From an uncultured Gammaproteobacteria bacterium (GTDB lineage Bacteria; Pseudomonadota; Gammaproteobacteria; Magnimaribacterales; TMED112), in assembly GCA_913044115.1 (NCBI GenBank), contig CAJWNO010000002.1:16171-80170 (forward strand): 64,000 bases of DNA, read 5' to 3'. The notes below the pieces were generated by a model. It worked only from the letters and a program-made list of their open reading frames with translations, ran no database searches and was not told the DNA's origin. Numbering within the stretch: the stretch's first letter is position 1; every line of letters begins with the position of its first letter. The position numbers and the translations under genes are program-made. Of this stretch, positions 59,321 through 64,000 are shown one piece after another.

Positions 59321-60178
59321 ATGAGCCTTAAAGATAAAGTAATTTTCATGACTGGTGGAAGCAGAGGTATAGGACTATCTATTGCTTTAAAAGCTGCAGC
59401 AGATGGGGCTAAGGTCGCAATTGCTGCTAAGACTGTTGAGCCACACCCTAAACTAGAGGGAACAATATTTACTGCTGCTGAAGAAATTGAAAAAGCTGGC
59501 GGAGAAGCTTTGCCAGTCCAATGTGACATTCGTTTTGAAGAAAGCATTCAAAGTGCAGTAGATCAAACAGTTGAAAAGTTTGGCGGTATTGATATTTGTG
59601 TGAATAATGCCTCAGCAATAAGCTTAACCCCCACTCTTCAAACTGACATGAAAAGATATGATCTCATGCACAATATCAATGGAAGAGGAACCTTTCTAAC
59701 AAGCAAGTTATGCATTCCTCACTTGCTGGAATCCGAAAATCCTCATATTTTAAACCTATCACCGCCATTGGATATGAACCCAATTTGGTTCCAAGGTTCA
59801 CTTGCATACACCATGGCAAAATACAATATGAGCATGTGTGTTTTAGGAATGGCAGCAGAATATCAAGGTAAGATTGGGGTAAATGCTCTTTGGCCAAGAA
59901 CAGCAATCAAAACCGCTGCAGTATCAAATGTTTTGGGTGGCAATGAGATGTTTGAAAAATCCAGAAACCCAGAAATAATGTCTGATGCAGCATATATTGT
60001 CTTTAATAAAGACCACAAAACATTTAGTGGAAATTTTTTAATAGATGACACTTTGTTAGCAGAACATGGCGAGACAGATTTTAGTAAATACGCTGATTAT
60101 CCATTTGACGAGCTTATGCCTGATTTTTTTGTGCCTGCAGATGGCTACCCAGTACCTAAAGTAGTCAAAGAGAGTTGA
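59321..60178 (+). CDS. SDR-family oxidoreductase, HSDL2-like
   Basis: TGGSRGIGLSIALKAAADGAKVAIAAKTVEPHPKLEGTIFTAAEEIE and NNASAISLT closely parallel the human HSDL2 SDR domain as I remember it. I moved the start to the ATG at 59321. The track's N-terminal extension is antisense to lptD. Confidence 0.85.
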   Translation: MSLKDKVIFMTGGSRGIGLSIALKAAADGAKVAIAAKTVEPHPKLEGTIFTAAEEIEKAGGEALPVQCDIRFEESIQSAVDQTVEKFGGIDICVNNASAISLTPTLQTDMKRYDLMHNINGRGTFLTSKLCIPHLLESENPHILNLSPPLDMNPIWFQGSLAYTMAKYNMSMCVLGMAAEYQGKIGVNALWPRTAIKTAAVSNVLGGNEMFEKSRNPEIMSDAAYIVFNKDHKTFSGNFLIDDTLLAEHGETDFSKYADYPFDELMPDFFVPADGYPVPKVVKES

Positions 60179-61101
60179 AAAAAAATCTAATAGAAATTAC
60201 AGACTGGTTGAGCAGTGTCGTTGGAACAACTACTTTTAACTTAGAATCACTTAGAGAAGAAGCAAGTAACAGAAAATATTTTCGTGTTCTAACGGATAAC
60301 AGCTCATACGTTCTTGTTGATAATTCAGATAATAAAGCGCAGGCAGCTAATTTTTTATATGCAAGCAAGTTACTCAAAAACTCATCTGTAAACGTACCAG
60401 AAACTTTTGCATTTTCTGAAGACTTAAGATTCATGCTTTTACAAGACCTGGGGGACAATACATTGGATTTAGGATCTCAAATTAAAGAAGATGAAATTCT
60501 GAAGATGGCATTAAAACAGTTAGGACTGATCTATTTTTGCGATCAAGACATTCTTAAAAGCAGTTCTAGAGAAAGTTTATTAATGCAAACAAAAGCTTTT
60601 ATTGAATTTTGCAATGAACAGGGTTGTTCAGCAGAACAAATCAAAGAGGTTGAATTGCTTAGAGAGGAACTTGTTGATGCATTATTGAGCCAACAGTTTC
60701 TCCCAATGCACAATGATTTTGAACGAAGGAATTTAATGCTATATCAAGATGAAATATTTGTAATAGATTTCCAAGATCTCAATGTGGGACCAATTGGAAT
60801 AGATCTAGCTTCTATATTGTTTGAACATAACTTTGATTACTCAGAAGAGCTTATTGAAGAAGTTTTAGCTGAGCACATTAAGAACTCTGGCCTGCAGACT
60901 CATACTCATGAACTTATGGAGCAAATAATGGTAGCACTTTCACATAGATCAATGAGAGTTGTGGGAACATTTAATAGATACTTTAAAGAGGGAAAATTAC
61001 TTAATAGAAAACAAGATTTACAAAAGTTTTTATCAAGAATATCTAAGGGCTTAAGATATCTCAAAAAACCTCAAAATGAGATAATTGAAAAGATGATATG
61101 A
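60175..61101 (+). CDS. amgK: Aminoglycoside-phosphotransferase-fold kinase, AmgK-like (anomeric MurNAc/GlcNAc kinase)
   Basis: APH-type catalytic region HNDFERRNLM...VIDFQD. It is coupled (overlapping) with a MurU-like nucleotidyltransferase next to lptD, as in Pseudomonas. TTG start. Confidence 0.65.
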   Translation: MKKNLIEITDWLSSVVGTTTFNLESLREEASNRKYFRVLTDNSSYVLVDNSDNKAQAANFLYASKLLKNSSVNVPETFAFSEDLRFMLLQDLGDNTLDLGSQIKEDEILKMALKQLGLIYFCDQDILKSSSRESLLMQTKAFIEFCNEQGCSAEQIKEVELLREELVDALLSQQFLPMHNDFERRNLMLYQDEIFVIDFQDLNVGPIGIDLASILFEHNFDYSEELIEEVLAEHIKNSGLQTHTHELMEQIMVALSHRSMRVVGTFNRYFKEGKLLNRKQDLQKFLSRISKGLRYLKKPQNEIIEKMI

Positions 61102-61739
61102 AAGCAATGATATTAGCTGCTGGCTTTGGGAAAAGGCTTGGGGCACTAACAAAAGAAAGGCCAAAACCTCTTCTAGAGATCAAAGGAAAACCCCTCATCG
61201 ATTATCATCTTGAAAAACTTGTTTCAGCAGGCTTTGAATCCGTTGTGGTTAATGTCCATTATCTTGGTAATGACATTATTAATCACGTAAAAAATCAATT
61301 CTCCGACAAGATAAATTTAGTTTTTAGTCACGAAGAGGAAATCTTGGGAACTGGAGGAGGTATACTCAAAGGCACTTCAAATTTCGGCGCAGAAGACTTC
61401 TTAGTACTTAATTCAGATATTTTTTCAGACTTTGATTACAAAGAATTTTTAAAGAAAAAATCTAATACCTTATTTGCGGTGGAAGCGAGAGCAGGGGCTA
61501 GCGGAGATTTTGCAGTGAAAGAAGGCCTTGTGGACTTGGAAGATGAAAAAGATTTCATCTGGACTGGATTCAGTGTAGTAAATAGGTCAATTTTTAAAAA
61601 CATTACAGAAACAAAGTTTCATTATTGGCATGATTGCTTAAAGAAAATTGCGCAAACAAAAAAATTACACGCAGAAATTTTAGATATAAATTGGTATGAT
61701 GTCGGTAACCCTGAAACACTTACAGAATTAAATAAATAA
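61098..61739 (+). CDS. murU: Sugar-1-phosphate nucleotidyltransferase, MurU-like
   Basis: N-terminal MILAAGFGKRLG...KPL motif. 213 aa. Downstream of the amgK-like gene. Confidence 0.7.
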   Translation: MKAMILAAGFGKRLGALTKERPKPLLEIKGKPLIDYHLEKLVSAGFESVVVNVHYLGNDIINHVKNQFSDKINLVFSHEEEILGTGGGILKGTSNFGAEDFLVLNSDIFSDFDYKEFLKKKSNTLFAVEARAGASGDFAVKEGLVDLEDEKDFIWTGFSVVNRSIFKNITETKFHYWHDCLKKIAQTKKLHAEILDINWYDVGNPETLTELNK

Positions 61740-62398
61740 TGAAAAAAATTATTGCTCCCTCAATACTTTCAGCAGACTTTTCGAGACTAGGAGAAGAGGT
61801 AGATTCTGTACTTAAGGCCGGTGCTGACTGGGTGCATTTTGATGTAATGGATAACCATTACGTACCAAATCTAACTATAGGGCCAATGGTGTGTAAGTCA
61901 TTGAGGAGTTACGGGATTACTGATTTTATTGACGTTCATTTAATGGTTAAGCCTGTTGATCCTTTAATACGAATGTTTGCTGATGCTGGCGCGGACCTAA
62001 TTTCTTTTCACCCAGAAGCAACCGATGATTTAGATAAATCTGTTGCTTTAGTGAAGGACCTAGGATGTAAAGTTGGTTTTGCTGTAAATCCTTCAGAAGA
62101 TTTAACGCATGCTAAAAATTATATTCAGGATCTGGACCTAGCCTTATTAATGTCGGTTAATCCTGGTTTTGGCGGTCAGAAATTTATAGAAACCGTACTG
62201 CCAAAAATTTCAGAAATGCGAGAGTGCATCGACCAATGTAAAAAAGAAGTTAGATTAGAAGTTGATGGCGGCATTAACCCCCAGAATATTAAAACTGTTT
62301 GTGATGCCGGTGCAGATACATTTGTTCTAGGGTCAGCTATTTTTAATACAGATGATTATGCGAATACTATTACTGATCTTCGTAACAATATCGGCTAA
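61739..62398 (+). CDS. rpe: Ribulose-phosphate 3-epimerase
   Basis: PSILSADF, HFDVMDNHYVPNLT, MSVNPGFGGQKF and VDGGI motifs. Confidence 0.95.
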   Translation: MKKIIAPSILSADFSRLGEEVDSVLKAGADWVHFDVMDNHYVPNLTIGPMVCKSLRSYGITDFIDVHLMVKPVDPLIRMFADAGADLISFHPEATDDLDKSVALVKDLGCKVGFAVNPSEDLTHAKNYIQDLDLALLMSVNPGFGGQKFIETVLPKISEMRECIDQCKKEVRLEVDGGINPQNIKTVCDAGADTFVLGSAIFNTDDYANTITDLRNNIG

Positions 62399-62762
62399 CG
62401 CCAATCCTAATTTAATTGAAGCTAACATTGGCGATAAGACAATTATGTTAGAAGTAGCCAATACACAAGCTCTGAGATCTAAGGGTTTAATGGGCATCAC
62501 AGATCTTGATGAAAATAATGGAATGATATTTTTTTGGCCAGGTGCTGCCAGAAGATGTATGTGGATGAAAAATACCTATATCGAGCTTTCCGTTGCTTTT
62601 ATAAACAGAGATAAAAAGATCGTAGAAATTTTCGATTTAGTACCAGAGAGTCTTGATTCAGTCTGTTCAGATAGCAGAGATATAATTGCTGCTATTGAAA
62701 TGAAAAAAGGTTGGTTTGATAAGAATAATATCGAGATTCTTTCTACTATTGAGCTGCCTTAA
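62352..62762 (+). CDS. DUF192-family secreted protein
   Basis: Signal peptide and an RSKGLMG...GMIFFW pattern typical of DUF192. Overlaps the rpe end by 47 nt. Confidence 0.6.
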   Translation: MIMRILLLIFVTISANANPNLIEANIGDKTIMLEVANTQALRSKGLMGITDLDENNGMIFFWPGAARRCMWMKNTYIELSVAFINRDKKIVEIFDLVPESLDSVCSDSRDIIAAIEMKKGWFDKNNIEILSTIELP

Positions 62763-63361
62763 AAGTACCTGCTTAGAGTCGTCATTATCTTTGAAGTTGC
62801 TGTCATCATCCCTCTAACAGGTGGCGGCAGTTCTTCACTTCCATGGTCTTTGGCTTCTTGCCCATGTATTTCTTCTTCTTCCAACATTTTCTGAAGAATT
62901 TCTCTACTCTTCTCATCTTTGGGTGACATTTCTTTCAAATGCCTTTTTAAATGCTCAACTACTTGTTTCTCAGTTTCCTCTACAAAACCAAGACTAGTCC
63001 CATCACCTATTAATGCTGCAATTGATCCCAACGTAAAAGAACCAGCATAATAAAAAGGGTCCAAAATAGATTTTTTTCCTCCTAGTTCATCTAGCCTTTT
63101 ACTGCACCAGACAAGATGGTCAAATTCTTCATCACCAGCTTTTATCAAATGCTTTCTTACATCAGGAGTTTTGGTAAAAAATGCTTGGCCTCTATAAAGT
63201 GCTTGTGCTGACACTTCCCCAGAAGCATTTACTCTCATTAAAGATATAGATTTCTGTCTTTCTTCATCATTAAGAGTATTATCCAAATCACCTTTGTTTT
63301 CATAAGTGATAGTTTTTAAAAAATGATTTAACTCTGTTGCTAATTTATCGCTAAGACTCAT
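62759..63361 (-). CDS. coq7: Demethoxyubiquinone hydroxylase Coq7 (di-iron)
   Basis: Di-iron carboxylate motifs are present (GEVSAQALYRGQ, EEFDH, EETEKQVVEH, EEEEIHG). About 200 aa. Confidence 0.85.
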   Translation of the reverse strand: MSLSDKLATELNHFLKTITYENKGDLDNTLNDEERQKSISLMRVNASGEVSAQALYRGQAFFTKTPDVRKHLIKAGDEEFDHLVWCSKRLDELGGKKSILDPFYYAGSFTLGSIAALIGDGTSLGFVEETEKQVVEHLKRHLKEMSPKDEKSREILQKMLEEEEIHGQEAKDHGSEELPPPVRGMMTATSKIMTTLSRYF

Positions 63362-64000
63362 AAATTTTTCCTATATCTGTTCTGTATATATTGCCATCAA
63401 ATTGTATTTCTTCAATATTTTTATAAATGTACTCAGAGCAATCTTTAAGGTTATCGTCATAATAATTTATAGAAAAAACTCTACCGCCTGAAGTTTTTAA
63501 TTCTGCCCCATCTAATGTTGTTCCAGCATGGAAGATTTTTAGGTTTCCTGTATTTCCAAATTTTACAGTACATCCTGTCTTATAGGTTCCAGGATATCCA
63601 GCAGATGCCATTACCACCCCCACAGATGCACCTTTTTTCCAATCAATTGTTACCTCTTCATCATTAAGAGCATCAATTAGGCAGCTAAGAAGATCAGATT
63701 CCATTTGCATCATAAGGCATTGAGTCTCCGGATCTCCAAGTCGACAATTAAACTCAAGAACCTTGGGATCATTGTCTTTAACCATCAAACCAAAATACAT
63801 AAAGCCATAATATTTAACTCCAAGCTTATTAAGCCCATCTATAGTTGGCTGAACAACATTTTGCATAATAGCTTTTTTTAAATCCTCATTCATAAAAGGA
63901 GAGGGCGATATACAACCCATGCCGCCTGTATTTGGTCCGAAGTTATTGTCTTCTAATGGTTTGTAGTCAACACTAGTTTCAAAAGGTATAAATTCTTTTG
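63351..64000 (-). CDS. purD: Phosphoribosylamine--glycine ligase, C-terminal part (5' end beyond window)
   Basis: The frame stays open to the window edge. GPNTGGMG is followed by EFNCRLGDPE and SGGRV motifs. The track's Met at 63920 is internal. Confidence 0.9.
   Translation of the reverse strand, partial: KEFIPFETSVDYKPLEDNNFGPNTGGMGCISPSPFMNEDLKKAIMQNVVQPTIDGLNKLGVKYYGFMYFGLMVKDNDPKVLEFNCRLGDPETQCLMMQMESDLLSCLIDALNDEEVTIDWKKGASVGVVMASAGYPGTYKTGCTVKFGNTGNLKIFHAGTTLDGAELKTSGGRVFSINYYDDNLKDCSEYIYKNIEEIQFDGNIYRTDIGKIYES

Overview
This is an AT-rich, very gene-dense chromosomal window. Most neighbouring genes abut or overlap by 1-47 nt. It begins inside dnaA and covers the origin-proximal dnaA-dnaN-recF-gyrB block. 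I call about 75 protein genes, and nearly all have recognisable housekeeping functions. They form a chain of synteny blocks familiar from Pseudomonas/E. coli-type Gammaproteobacteria:
- def-fmt-trkA-trkH
- tsaC-hemF-aroE-yheV
- a complete aa3-type cytochrome c oxidase and assembly cluster (coxB-coxA-ctaG-coxC-DUF2909-SURF1-x-ctaA-ctaB-SCO1)
- polA/engB/dsbA/cytochrome c5
- dapF-xerC-HAD
- tkt-pgk-fba
- ubiE-ubiB-tatABC
- miaB-ybeZ-ybeY-corC-lnt
- zapA-6S RNA-ygfA-rpiA
- lptD-surA-pdxA-rsmA-apaH, with divergent amgK-murU

The host is probably a genome-streamlined marine gammaproteobacterium. That is a guess from composition and synteny only.

I saw no transposase, phage, CRISPR, toxin-antitoxin or defence genes, and no tRNA or rRNA. 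I do not see a multi-gene novel system, so this reads as ordinary core genome.

Several items are missing from the supplied ORF track:
- a 6S RNA whose 3' arm covers the ygfA start codon
- tatA
- a UbiK-like small ORF
- an ArfA-like 44-codon ORF overlapping the end of tatC

The best candidate for something undescribed is the largest unexplained spacer (49517-49775). It contains a promoter-like sequence, a GC-rich two-hairpin element (one C-rich 16-nt loop, one UUCG tetraloop) and a 27-codon hydrophobic ORF.

Other points are a cysteine-less SCO1-like paralogue inside the cox cluster and several non-orthologous or shortened core genes: alpha2-type GlyRS, insert-less GyrB, class I aldolase, and short Lnt, LptD and Cca. 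All homology statements come from reading motifs by eye. No database search was run.
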